Shown here: positions 24,727-31,635 of the stretch, one piece after another
How the letters are laid out: each line of letters opens with the position of its first letter
Numbering within the stretch: the stretch's first letter is position 1
IMG/VR virus record: IMGVR_UViG_3300005439_000007
Coordinates: 1-41,100 of that record
Length of the DNA: 41,100 nucleotides
Strand: one strand, 5' to 3'
From: a virus
Notes under the pieces: generated by a model
Told to the model about the DNA's origin: nothing
Database searches by the model: none
What the model saw: only the letters and a program-made list of their open reading frames with translations
Translations under genes and position numbers: made by a program

Positions 24727-24948
24727 ATGAGAGCCCCGAACGAGCGCCTGCGGAGCTGGAGAGAATCGTGTGGTCTGTCGATGCGGGGCGCTGCGGAGCG
24801 TCTGGGTTGTTCGGAGTCATACATCTGTCTCATTGAGGCGGGCCGTAGGAACCCCGGCCGAGCCATTGCCGTTCAGATCGAGGCTGTAACAGGTATTCGT
24901 GTCTCCGCGTGGCCCATGCGCACGCGAGCCTCGAACGAGGCCGCATGA
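24727..24948 (+). CDS. Cro-like XRE-family HTH protein (73 aa)
   Basis: HTH is LSMRGAAERLGCSESYICLIEAGRRNP. It is divergent from the repressor with a 62-nt gap. Confidence 0.7.
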   Translation: MRAPNERLRSWRESCGLSMRGAAERLGCSESYICLIEAGRRNPGRAIAVQIEAVTGIRVSAWPMRTRASNEAA

Positions 24949-25112
24949 CCAACTGTGGTCACCGCGCGGCCATCCGCAACGAGTCATCGCTGATCATCGG
25001 AGTCGTGTCCGCGCTCGCGACCGTCATCACCCACGGTGCGATCGCGCGTGCACGACTCGGGCGATCAGCACGCGGACCCGCGAATCGCCCGCGACCCGCC
25101 GCCGTCGGCTGA
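24945..25112 (+). CDS. Small hydrophobic protein (55 aa), below the ORF-track size cut from its ATG
   Basis: ATGA overlap with the cro stop, GC3-rich codons, and a TM-like segment SLIIGVVSALATVITHGAI. Confidence 0.5.
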   Translation: MTNCGHRAAIRNESSLIIGVVSALATVITHGAIARARLGRSARGPANRPRPAAVG

Positions 25113-25190
25113 CCTAGGCCGTGTCCCCCCTCGGCCGCAGCTGACGGCGGCGCCGTCTGTTCGTCACCCCATGAACGACAGGAGATTGCG

Positions 25191-25529
25191 ATGGCAAAGC
25201 GACCGGATGAGGAACGTCAACTGTTGCGCCCGTTCGGAGACACGGTGCGCATGGAGAAAGGGCGCGAGCTCGCCGAGCACGTGCACCAGATGAAGGAGCT
25301 CGAAGAGCAGGCGAAGGCTGCCGCTGCCGAGTTCAAAGAAGCGATCGCGAAGCACCGCGTGAAAGCGCTCGGGCTCAAGGACGACTTGCGCATGGGCAAG
25401 CATCTCGTGCCCGTGCAGTGCCGCTGGCTGATGGAGTCCATGCAGTGGCTGCTGATCGCCGAGGACGGCGAAGTCGTGAAGACCGAGCCGACCACGATGA
25501 CAGACCGCCAAGGAGAGCTGTTGTCATGA
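25191..25529 (+). CDS. Hypothetical protein (112 aa)
   Basis: GGAG RBS (gacaGGAGattgcgATG). Confidence 0.65.
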   Translation: MAKRPDEERQLLRPFGDTVRMEKGRELAEHVHQMKELEEQAKAAAAEFKEAIAKHRVKALGLKDDLRMGKHLVPVQCRWLMESMQWLLIAEDGEVVKTEPTTMTDRQGELLS

Positions 25530-25750
25530 CCAGAAACGAAAAGGCCCCGAGCGTTACAGCGCTCGAGGCCAAACGGAGACCAGACAGGAAACGATGTAGG
25601 AATTATGGGGCCACGCCCCGCGCGTTGCAAGGGTTCACTTTCCACGGCGACCCAAGCAGCGCGCTCCCGAGCGCGGACCCGCGTTCGATCTCTCACAGCC
25701 CAACGCTGATCGCAATCGCCGCCGGCATCGTGCGCGGGGGTCGGCCATGA
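25526..25750 (+). CDS. Hypothetical basic protein (74 aa)
   Basis: ATGA overlaps at both ends, but GC3 is lower than in neighbouring genes. Confidence 0.5.
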   Translation: MTRNEKAPSVTALEAKRRPDRKRCRNYGATPRALQGFTFHGDPSSALPSADPRSISHSPTLIAIAAGIVRGGRP

Positions 25751-26712
25751 GTCGCAAGGTCGGCTACGAGTTTTCGCCGCTGCCGAAGAAGTGGCACGCG
25801 GCGTGGGCTGACTTGTCGATGCCGATGCGCGGCCTGCGCGCGAGCCTGTTCGAGCTCGCCGACGGCGGACCGATCACCGTTGACGGCGACTGGCTAACGT
25901 CCCTCTGCAAGCAGATGAACGTCGGCGGCCGGGAGCGCCCAAACGTCCGCAAATCGCTACTCGACCTCCAGGCTCGCGGAGTGCTCGCAGTCGACGGCCA
26001 AACGGTGTCGATCTGCTTCCGACCTGACAGCCAACTGCATCGACCTGTAGCGGACTTGTCAGCCATCGGTCGTGGGTCCGACATCCCAATCGACTCAACC
26101 CCTCAAAACGACTCAACTACCGTTCGACAGAAAGAAAGAAGAGAAGAGAATAGAAGAGAGAAGATGATGAGCGCGTGTGCGCCTGAGCGCGCGACCGCGC
26201 CAGAGCCACGACCGCCGATCGACACGAGCAAGCTGCAGCAGCGGCCGGAGGATGTCGGGTTTAGATTCGTCGCTTCGCTGCTCGGGCGCTCGCCGTTCGA
26301 CATCGCGCCGGTCGGAAGCTTTCCGCGTGAGTACGCACACATCGGGAGCAAGCCAGCCGAGGAGAGAGAGCGGGTTCGAGTCGCGGTCGAGGCCACGCAG
26401 TACTTCATCGAAAACCCGGCGTGGTGCGACGCCAAGAAGCTCGCAGCAGACTGGCCGAAGCTCCTTGCCGATCGTCCAAAGCCCGTTCTCAAGCAGTTGG
26501 TGGCAACCCCACGGGAGCAGCTCGAGAAGGCGCGAGAACGCCTGCAGGACGCCGCAAAGACCCTTCGCATCATCGAGGGTTTGCCGTGGTTCGACAAAGA
26601 GAAACCGGGCTATCCGGGCCGGCTTGCGCAGGCCACGGCGGACGTATCGCGACTGCGCGGTGAGCTGGCGAAGCTCGAGAGCGGATTCACGCGGCCGGCG
26701 GTGGCGTCATGA
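25747..26712 (+). CDS. Putative replication-initiation / winged-helix DNA-binding protein (321 aa)
   Basis: Its position in the early-right operon is analogous to lambda O. The N-terminus looks like a winged helix (VRKSLLDLQARGVLAVDGQTV). An ori-like patch lies inside the gene. Confidence 0.4.
   Translation: MSRKVGYEFSPLPKKWHAAWADLSMPMRGLRASLFELADGGPITVDGDWLTSLCKQMNVGGRERPNVRKSLLDLQARGVLAVDGQTVSICFRPDSQLHRPVADLSAIGRGSDIPIDSTPQNDSTTVRQKERREENRREKMMSACAPERATAPEPRPPIDTSKLQQRPEDVGFRFVASLLGRSPFDIAPVGSFPREYAHIGSKPAEERERVRVAVEATQYFIENPAWCDAKKLAADWPKLLADRPKPVLKQLVATPREQLEKARERLQDAAKTLRIIEGLPWFDKEKPGYPGRLAQATADVSRLRGELAKLESGFTRPAVAS
26091..26171. promoter_or_regulatory. Ori-like patch: two CGACTCAAC direct repeats followed by an A-rich polypurine tract of about 42 nt
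   Basis: CGACTCAAC at 26091-26099 and 26109-26117. 26129-26171 is agaaagaaagaagagaagagaatagaagagagaagatgatga, in an otherwise GC-rich gene. Confidence 0.4.
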
Positions 26713-27212
26713 GGGGCGATGCAAAGATCGAGCAGCTCCGAGACGCGATCAACACGCCGATCAGCGCGAAGGACCCGATGGCTGCGCTCTACGTGCGGAT
26801 CGCGGCCGAGGGCTCGCCGCTCGACATCGCGCGGCAGGTGTTCAACGACCGGGAGAAGTTCAGGCCGGTCGAGATGACGCCTGCGCTCGTGCGCCATCCG
26901 CTCGCCGATGCGTGGATCGACGGCGTGCCGATCCCCGACGAACAGCGCGACTCGTTCGCCGCGTGGCTCGTCAATCACACGACTCGTCGCCGCGAGGTGG
27001 GCGAGCTCGAGCGGCGGTTGCGCTCGACGATGGACGCGCAGCTCAAGCTCGCTGCGAGCGAGGACGAGAACGACCGGCGCAAAGCAGCGGCATTCGGTCG
27101 CTGGCACATCGAGCATTGGGGCGTTGCTGATGTGCCGAAGCCGGCGCCGGCGGGGTTCGATCAACCTTGCGAAAAGCAGCTGATGGCTGCAGTGCGGAGG
27201 CGAGTGCGATGA
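26709..27212 (+). CDS. Hypothetical protein (167 aa)
   Basis: ATGA overlap start. Confidence 0.65.
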   Translation: MRGDAKIEQLRDAINTPISAKDPMAALYVRIAAEGSPLDIARQVFNDREKFRPVEMTPALVRHPLADAWIDGVPIPDEQRDSFAAWLVNHTTRRREVGELERRLRSTMDAQLKLAASEDENDRRKAAAFGRWHIEHWGVADVPKPAPAGFDQPCEKQLMAAVRRRVR

Positions 27213-27469
27213 ACACGCCAAACGAACACGCATACACGAGCGCGCAGGCGAAAGAAAAGATCGCCATCATCCTCGGCGAACTGAAGCGACTCGCGCAGGA
27301 TCACGGCGTGTGGTGCACGCTCGCCGCGTTCCACGAATTCGTACTGGGCGATCCCGACGTCGGAAAGAAGCATCTCGAGCTGACGATGCTGCTCGCTGAA
27401 GCAGCATTCAAGCGCATGCCGGACCTGTGCCCGTGCCCGACGTGCGCGGCGAAGCGGGGCCAAGCATGA
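27209..27469 (+). CDS. Hypothetical protein (86 aa)
   Basis: ATGA overlap start. C-terminal CPCPTC. Confidence 0.6.
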   Translation: MNTPNEHAYTSAQAKEKIAIILGELKRLAQDHGVWCTLAAFHEFVLGDPDVGKKHLELTMLLAEAAFKRMPDLCPCPTCAAKRGQA

Positions 27470-28041
27470 TCCGCACGCAAGCCACGCCCGAGCAGATCGC
27501 GGCGTTCCGCGCCGGCCTCATGGCGCCGAGCGGAAAGCATGCGGACGCTTCGAAGCGCATCTTCGTGTCCGGATTCGCAAGGCGCGATGATAGCGACTGG
27601 CTCGTCCAGCTCCCGCTGTTCGTCGAGACCAAGCAGGTCAACGGCCACTGGAGAACAGCTCACAACACGACGAGCACGCTGAAGTACGACGTGCTCGACG
27701 AACTAACAAGACTCGCTCAGCTCGCCGACGAGCGCGATCGTGTCTCGTTCGTTCAGTTCACGCGCATCGCTCCCGGAAAACTCGACAGAGACAACGTTCC
27801 GGGCGCTTTCAAGCACGTGATGGACATGACGTGCGTGTTTCTCGTCGAGGGCCTGGAAGCGCGCAAGCGGCTGTGGCTCACGCGCAAAGGCGAGAAACGC
27901 GTGCTCGGGAAGGACATCGGCCACTTCGACAACAAGCTCATCGGAACGGGGAAAGTGACATGCGAATACGCTCAAACGCAGCACGAGAACGACAGGCGGA
28001 AGTATGGGATCCGGATCCGCTTACGCCTCAGACCGAGATAG
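27466..28041 (+). CDS. Hypothetical protein, possibly a RusA-like junction resolvase (191 aa)
   Basis: ATGA overlap start. The motif KLDRDNVPGAFKHVMDM loosely resembles the RusA DxDN..K...D motif, but the spacing differs. Confidence 0.35.
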   Translation: MIRTQATPEQIAAFRAGLMAPSGKHADASKRIFVSGFARRDDSDWLVQLPLFVETKQVNGHWRTAHNTTSTLKYDVLDELTRLAQLADERDRVSFVQFTRIAPGKLDRDNVPGAFKHVMDMTCVFLVEGLEARKRLWLTRKGEKRVLGKDIGHFDNKLIGTGKVTCEYAQTQHENDRRKYGIRIRLRLRPR

Positions 28042-28226
28042 AAGCGGCCTACGCGCAAGCCGTCGCCGCGCTGCACTGGCTCGGACACATCGAGGCCAAG
28101 TACTTCGGCGAGCAAGAGCCGCATGCCGTCGCTGCGCGCACCGACGCTGACAACTTGCACCAGCGCGCGCAACGCCGCCTGCGCAAGGTGATGGCGCACC
28201 TGATGAAGGCGGCTAACGATGTCTGA
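27960..28226 (+). CDS. Hypothetical protein (88 aa); start uncertain
   Basis: This is the only in-frame start for a protein-like C-terminal half. It overlaps the upstream gene by 82 nt. Confidence 0.35.
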   Translation: MRIRSNAARERQAEVWDPDPLTPQTEIEAAYAQAVAALHWLGHIEAKYFGEQEPHAVAARTDADNLHQRAQRRLRKVMAHLMKAANDV

Positions 28227-28836
28227 CCAGCTGTCGCTCGCCGCTGGCACGCAGAACAAAGCGCTCTCGCAGTGGTTCACGCCGCGAGAGACGGCCGAGC
28301 GCATCGTGCGGTGGGCAGAGCCGACACGTCGACTCGACCGCTCGGCGTGGAAGATACTCGAGCCGAGCGCAGGGCGCGGTGCGCTAATCCGGGCGCTTCT
28401 CGACGAGTACACAACGGGTCCGGTTCCGACCATCGAAGCACTCGATATCGACGCCGGCAACGTGGATGCGATCGAGGACTCGTTCAGCAAGTTCTATGTG
28501 CTCGCGCACCAGGCTGACTTTCTCTCGTGGGAATCGACCACGCGCTTCGACGTCGCGATCATGAATCCGCCTTTCGAGGGCGGGCAGACCGAGCGGCACA
28601 TCATGCACGCGCTGAAGTTCTCCGACCGCGTGGTGTGCCATTGCCCGCTGACCACGCTGGAAGGCAAGGCGCGGCGCGAGAACCTGTGGAGCAAGGTGCA
28701 TCTGCATCGCCTCGCCATCTGCAGCTCACGTCCGAAGTACGGCGCCGGAAGCGGCGCAACGGCGATGTGCACGATCGACGTGACGCTGCATGACCCGCGC
28801 GTCGAGGCCTATACCGCAGTCGAGTGGTGGCCATGA
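28219..28836 (+). CDS. N6-adenine DNA methyltransferase, compact orphan (205 aa)
   Basis: Contains FTPRE, motif I ILEPSAGRGAL and motif IV VAIMNPPF. No restriction partner is present in the genome. Confidence 0.8.
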   Translation: MSDQLSLAAGTQNKALSQWFTPRETAERIVRWAEPTRRLDRSAWKILEPSAGRGALIRALLDEYTTGPVPTIEALDIDAGNVDAIEDSFSKFYVLAHQADFLSWESTTRFDVAIMNPPFEGGQTERHIMHALKFSDRVVCHCPLTTLEGKARRENLWSKVHLHRLAICSSRPKYGAGSGATAMCTIDVTLHDPRVEAYTAVEWWP

Positions 28837-29006
28837 TCGAGCTCATCGTCATCGGCATAGCGACACTCGGCGCAGCGCGCTGGCTGCAACGTGACACGCA
28901 CCGTCGCGATCATGATCCTCGCTCGCAAGAGCGCAGTGATTGGCTCGAGACGCGCGAGTGGGATCGCAAACAGCCGCCGCCTTTGCCGCGCAGAAAACGC
29001 GACTAA
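28833..29006 (+). CDS. Small membrane protein (57 aa)
   Basis: ATGA overlap. TM helix MIELIVIGIATLGAA followed by a basic tail. Confidence 0.55.
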   Translation: MIELIVIGIATLGAARWLQRDTHRRDHDPRSQERSDWLETREWDRKQPPPLPRRKRD

Positions 29007-29009
29007 CGC

Positions 29010-29038
29010 TTGACAGCGATCTAACACTGACCTAGTGA
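29010..29038 (+). promoter_or_regulatory. Candidate promoter TTGACA-N17-TAGTGA
   Basis: A perfect -35 lies 4 nt after the stop of the early-right operon. It sits in a lower-GC gap preceding the conserved leader motif. Confidence 0.4.
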
Positions 29039-29072
29039 CACAACTGCAGTAACCACAAACATTGGAGAACAC

Positions 29073-29246
29073 ATGGCACAGCGAATCGATTGGGATGCGA
29101 TGCCGCACGACGAGATGGTCGCGCAGCTATCAGCAGGAGCTGAAGTGCGCGACAAGCGGGTGCGCGAGCTGATGGACGCCGACAAGCCGAAGCGTCGGCA
29201 GTACAGCGGCAAGAACGGCGCGACCGAACACACGGAGGCCGTGTGA
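29073..29246 (+). CDS. Hypothetical protein (57 aa), absent from the ORF track
   Basis: ATG is preceded by AAACATTGGAGAACAC (GGAG RBS). Translation is MAQRIDWDAMPHDEMVAQLSAG... TGATG junction with the next gene. Confidence 0.55.
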   Translation: MAQRIDWDAMPHDEMVAQLSAGAEVRDKRVRELMDADKPKRRQYSGKNGATEHTEAV

Positions 29247-29497
29247 TGGCGGTCCGATCGGCGCCGTACGCGCATCGGGCCTATGCCCGAGGCGGTACGA
29301 GGGAAGCGGTGCTCGAGTGCCTCGAGCTGAACAAGCACACTGACCTGACGGCGCGTGACGTCGCGCGTCTCGCTCGCGTCGGAGTCAGGACGGCAAGCGA
29401 TAAGCTGCGGGAGCTGCGCGACGAAGGCTTGGCGTACTCGCGCATGAACGTGACCCATGTCGGCACCGTGCTGCTTTGGGGTAGAGTCGCGGTATGA
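29246..29497 (+). CDS. Winged-helix (MarR/ArsR-like) DNA-binding protein (83 aa)
   Basis: REAVLECLELNKHTDLTARDVARLARVGVRTASDKLRELRDEGLAY. Confidence 0.55.
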   Translation: MAVRSAPYAHRAYARGGTREAVLECLELNKHTDLTARDVARLARVGVRTASDKLRELRDEGLAYSRMNVTHVGTVLLWGRVAV

Positions 29498-29745
29498 GCA
29501 TCGAGAGCATGGGCGAGAATCCGCCGCTGAACGTTTCACCGGAAATCATCCAACAGAGCGAGCAGGCGTGGAAGAAGCGCGCGCTCGACGCTGAGGCCAA
29601 GCTCAAGCGGTACGAGGAGCGCGAGCCGTTGGTGCAGGCGTTGCTGACCAAATGCGTCGAGTGCCCGCAGTGCGATGTGGTTGATGAGATGTGCGCGAGC
29701 TGCGAACGAACGTTTCAGCTGGTGCGCGACTTCAAGCTGGAGTGA
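29494..29745 (+). CDS. Hypothetical Cys4 protein (83 aa)
   Basis: ATGA overlap. Contains CVECPQC...CASC. Confidence 0.6.
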   Translation: MSIESMGENPPLNVSPEIIQQSEQAWKKRALDAEAKLKRYEEREPLVQALLTKCVECPQCDVVDEMCASCERTFQLVRDFKLE

Positions 29746-29748
29746 CGT

Positions 29749-29901
29749 ATGAGCTGGCGAATGCTGCTGCGGCCCATGTGCTGGATGCGAGGCCATACGG
29801 GGGTGCTTGTTCGCGGATGGAGACTTGGTTACGACGGTGTTCCGTACTCGGACAATACCGAGCTGCAGTGCCGTCGCTGCGACTACGTGCTGCATCTGTG
29901 A
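29749..29901 (+). CDS. Small zinc-ribbon-like protein (50 aa), absent from the ORF track
   Basis: MSWRMLLRPMCWMRGH...LQCRRCDYVLHL. It has the same C-x3-GH...CxRC pattern as 35267..35461. Confidence 0.45.
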   Translation: MSWRMLLRPMCWMRGHTGVLVRGWRLGYDGVPYSDNTELQCRRCDYVLHL

Positions 29902-30290
29902 CCTAACAGACCCGCTCCCCCAGCAGAGCCACCGGTCGCGGGTCCGGAGCGTAGAAGGGCAGGGCGCTCACTCTCAAGGAGAGGGTGGGCGCCCTTCCCC
30001 GGCGATCGAGAGTTGGAAGCAGCGGCGGTGTTCGTCGCCAGAATCACCGGGTAAAGCCGAGTCAAGGCATGCCGGCCGCCGCTGCTTCGAGCTGATCGAT
30101 CGTTGGAAGCTGCATCGACAACCGCTGACAGTGTCGATCGACGGCAGAGGGCCACTGGCACAGGGCCACGACGTCGGTGCAGCTTCGAGCGCTCGTCGCT
30201 CGTCGAAGCCACCAGCCCCAGAGCTGCGCGATAAAGGTCCGGCCGTCTGCCCCCACGATACGGGGGCGTCAAAACATTGGAGAACACAAC
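29902..30290 (+). ncRNA. Structured non-coding region (candidate leader or regulatory RNA) upstream of the membrane-protein cluster
   Basis: No GC3-biased frame. Two tandem units are closed by 13-bp (30016-28/30076-88) and 14-bp (30106-19/30173-86) stems, with further hairpins at 29954-29997 and 30249-30267. The RNA identity is inferred, not shown. Confidence 0.4.
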
Positions 30291-30509
30291 ATGATTCGAA
30301 TCGCATTGGCGCTGACCGCGCTGAGCGTTGCGATGGCGTGGTGGCAGCGGCGCGCCGCCATCGTGCCTCGCAACATCAGCCCGGCAGCAGAGGCGCGCGC
30401 GCAGTCGCGCGTTGACCTGTTGCATCGGCTGAAACAGGCCTCGTTCTACGCCGCGGCAGGGGTGTGGTGCGCGGTGCTCATCCACGCCGCGACGTGGGGT
30501 GCGCCATGA
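30291..30509 (+). CDS. Two-TM small membrane protein, holin-like (72 aa)
   Basis: Preceded by the AAACATTGGAGAACAC motif. TM helices IALALTALSVAMAWW and FYAAAGVWCAVLIHAATW. Confidence 0.55.
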   Translation: MIRIALALTALSVAMAWWQRRAAIVPRNISPAAEARAQSRVDLLHRLKQASFYAAAGVWCAVLIHAATWGAP

Positions 30510-30703
30510 TTCACGACGCGATGGTGCTCACGCGTCAGGTTGGCGAAGCGCTCGGCATTGGCCCCAGCGACATGCTCATGATGTTCGTCGTGCTGCCGCT
30601 GGTCGTGGCCTTCTTCACGCGCAAGATTCTGGTCTGGCAACAGGTCGTGTCTGTGCTCATCACGCCGCCGCTGTTCTGGGCCGGCATGGCGGTGATGCGA
30701 TGA
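30506..30703 (+). CDS. Two-TM small membrane protein (65 aa)
   Basis: ATGA overlap. TM helices MLMMFVVLPLVVAFF and VVSVLITPPLFWAGMAV. Confidence 0.55.
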   Translation: MIHDAMVLTRQVGEALGIGPSDMLMMFVVLPLVVAFFTRKILVWQQVVSVLITPPLFWAGMAVMR

Positions 30704-31080
30704 ACGCGCCCGACTTACTCGCGATGCATGAGTGGATGAAGCACTGGGCGTATGTGCAGGCTCAGGCTCATCCGTTGAATAGCAACGCGTGGCTGCAGGC
30801 GCCCTACTACGCGTACGCGTTCACCGTGCTGTGTGTGGGTGGCTTCATCGGATGGTGGTTGCGCGGACTCGCGCGTCGCGTCGAGTCGGTGCTCGTTCAC
30901 GAGCACAACGGCAAGCGCTACGAGCAGCATGCAAGCGGCCCGTGGTTGCAGCACATGCATGACGTCGAGACGGGCAAGCTGGCGCGTCTCGAGGTGATGG
31001 AAGAGCCGCCGATCGGCCAGCGTCCGCCGCCAGCGGTCAAGCTGAGCTCGCCGAACCAGCGACTCAAGGCCGCTCGTTGA
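30700..31080 (+). CDS. Single-TM protein (126 aa)
   Basis: ATGA overlap. TM helix YAFTVLCVGGFIGWWL. Confidence 0.55.
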   Translation: MNAPDLLAMHEWMKHWAYVQAQAHPLNSNAWLQAPYYAYAFTVLCVGGFIGWWLRGLARRVESVLVHEHNGKRYEQHASGPWLQHMHDVETGKLARLEVMEEPPIGQRPPPAVKLSSPNQRLKAAR

Positions 31081-31086
31081 CAAAAT

Positions 31087-31116
31087 GGCACACCACTGGG
31101 ACGCTGGTGGTGTGCC
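31087..31116 (+). other. Perfect 10-bp hairpin GGCACACCAC-N10-GTGGTGTGCC
   Basis: It starts 7 nt after the stop, which lies within a TTGACAA heptamer (31077-31083). No U-run follows. Confidence 0.45.
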
Positions 31117-31177
31117 TCGCTGGCGCAACAGAGCTCGTGTGCTCCCGATGGGCCGGGCTGCGGAATGGAAGCGAGCG

Positions 31178-31444
31178 ATGTCGCAGAAAGTACGACTGGC
31201 TGATGGAACCGAGCTCGACATGCTCAACCCGGTCAGCATCCGAGACTACGTCCGCAAGACGCTGGCGCTGAACGTCTCACCGACCGCCAGCGAGCTCAGC
31301 CGGCTGACGATGATGCGAGAGCTGGCCGAAGAACTCGAAGCCAAGCAGCCGAAGCCCGACGAGCAGCCCGCGTCGCTCGACGACCTCGCTGCCGCTCGTG
31401 AGCGGCTGAGGCAGGCTCGATTGGCTGAGCGAGGTGGCAAGTGA
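31178..31444 (+). CDS. Hypothetical protein (88 aa from ATG 31178)
   Basis: GGAAG lies before the ATG. The upstream part of listed ORF 31085.. covers the hairpin and is Arg-rich. Confidence 0.5.
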   Translation: MSQKVRLADGTELDMLNPVSIRDYVRKTLALNVSPTASELSRLTMMRELAEELEAKQPKPDEQPASLDDLAAARERLRQARLAERGGK

Positions 31445-31635
31445 CGCCGGAGCAGAAGCTGGAATCGATCCGCAGGCTCATCGCGGCGCGCGAAGACGTC
31501 TATGACGATTGGGTCGGCATCGATGACCTGCGGTCGATCATCGACAACGGCGTCGAGCCTGAGCATGTCGCAGAGCAGCTGAGGCCCTGGTATTTCACCG
31601 AGGAACAGCGGCGGCGAATCGCGGAACAGAAGTGA
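31441..31635 (+). CDS. Hypothetical protein (64 aa)
   Basis: GTGA overlap. Confidence 0.55.
   Translation: MTPEQKLESIRRLIAAREDVYDDWVGIDDLRSIIDNGVEPEHVAEQLRPWYFTEEQRRRIAEQK

Noticed and set aside
24128-24820. The long form (230 aa) of the repressor ORF.
   Set aside because: It would run through the operator region and 94 nt into the divergent cro gene. The N-terminal extension is low-complexity, so an internal ATG at 24664 or 24631 is preferred.
25143-25157. A GACGGC-ggc-GCCGTC hairpin after the cro block, considered as a tR1-like terminator.
   Set aside because: It has only a 6-bp stem with a 3-nt loop and a poor U-tract (tgttcgtc). That is too weak to call without transcript data.
26370-26390. 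A GGTTCGAGTC-like string resembling a tRNA T-arm, and a similar gggttcgggctcg at about 20180.
   Set aside because: No cloverleaf or acceptor stem can be drawn around either. The first lies in frame in a coding region. No tRNA gene is supported.
30004-30140. A cluster of GATC sites in the structured region, considered as a Dam-regulated element linked to the phage methyltransferase.
   Set aside because: GATC, often as CGATCG, is very frequent throughout this genome because of codon usage. The methylase specificity is also unknown, so there is no evidence of local enrichment.
29807-30415. A 202-aa plus-strand ORF, and a 200-aa minus-strand ORF at 29883..30485, spanning the structured region.
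   Set aside because: The composition is Arg/Ser/Gly-rich with no GC3 bias. They overlap the well-supported small genes on both sides. The region is better explained as non-coding.
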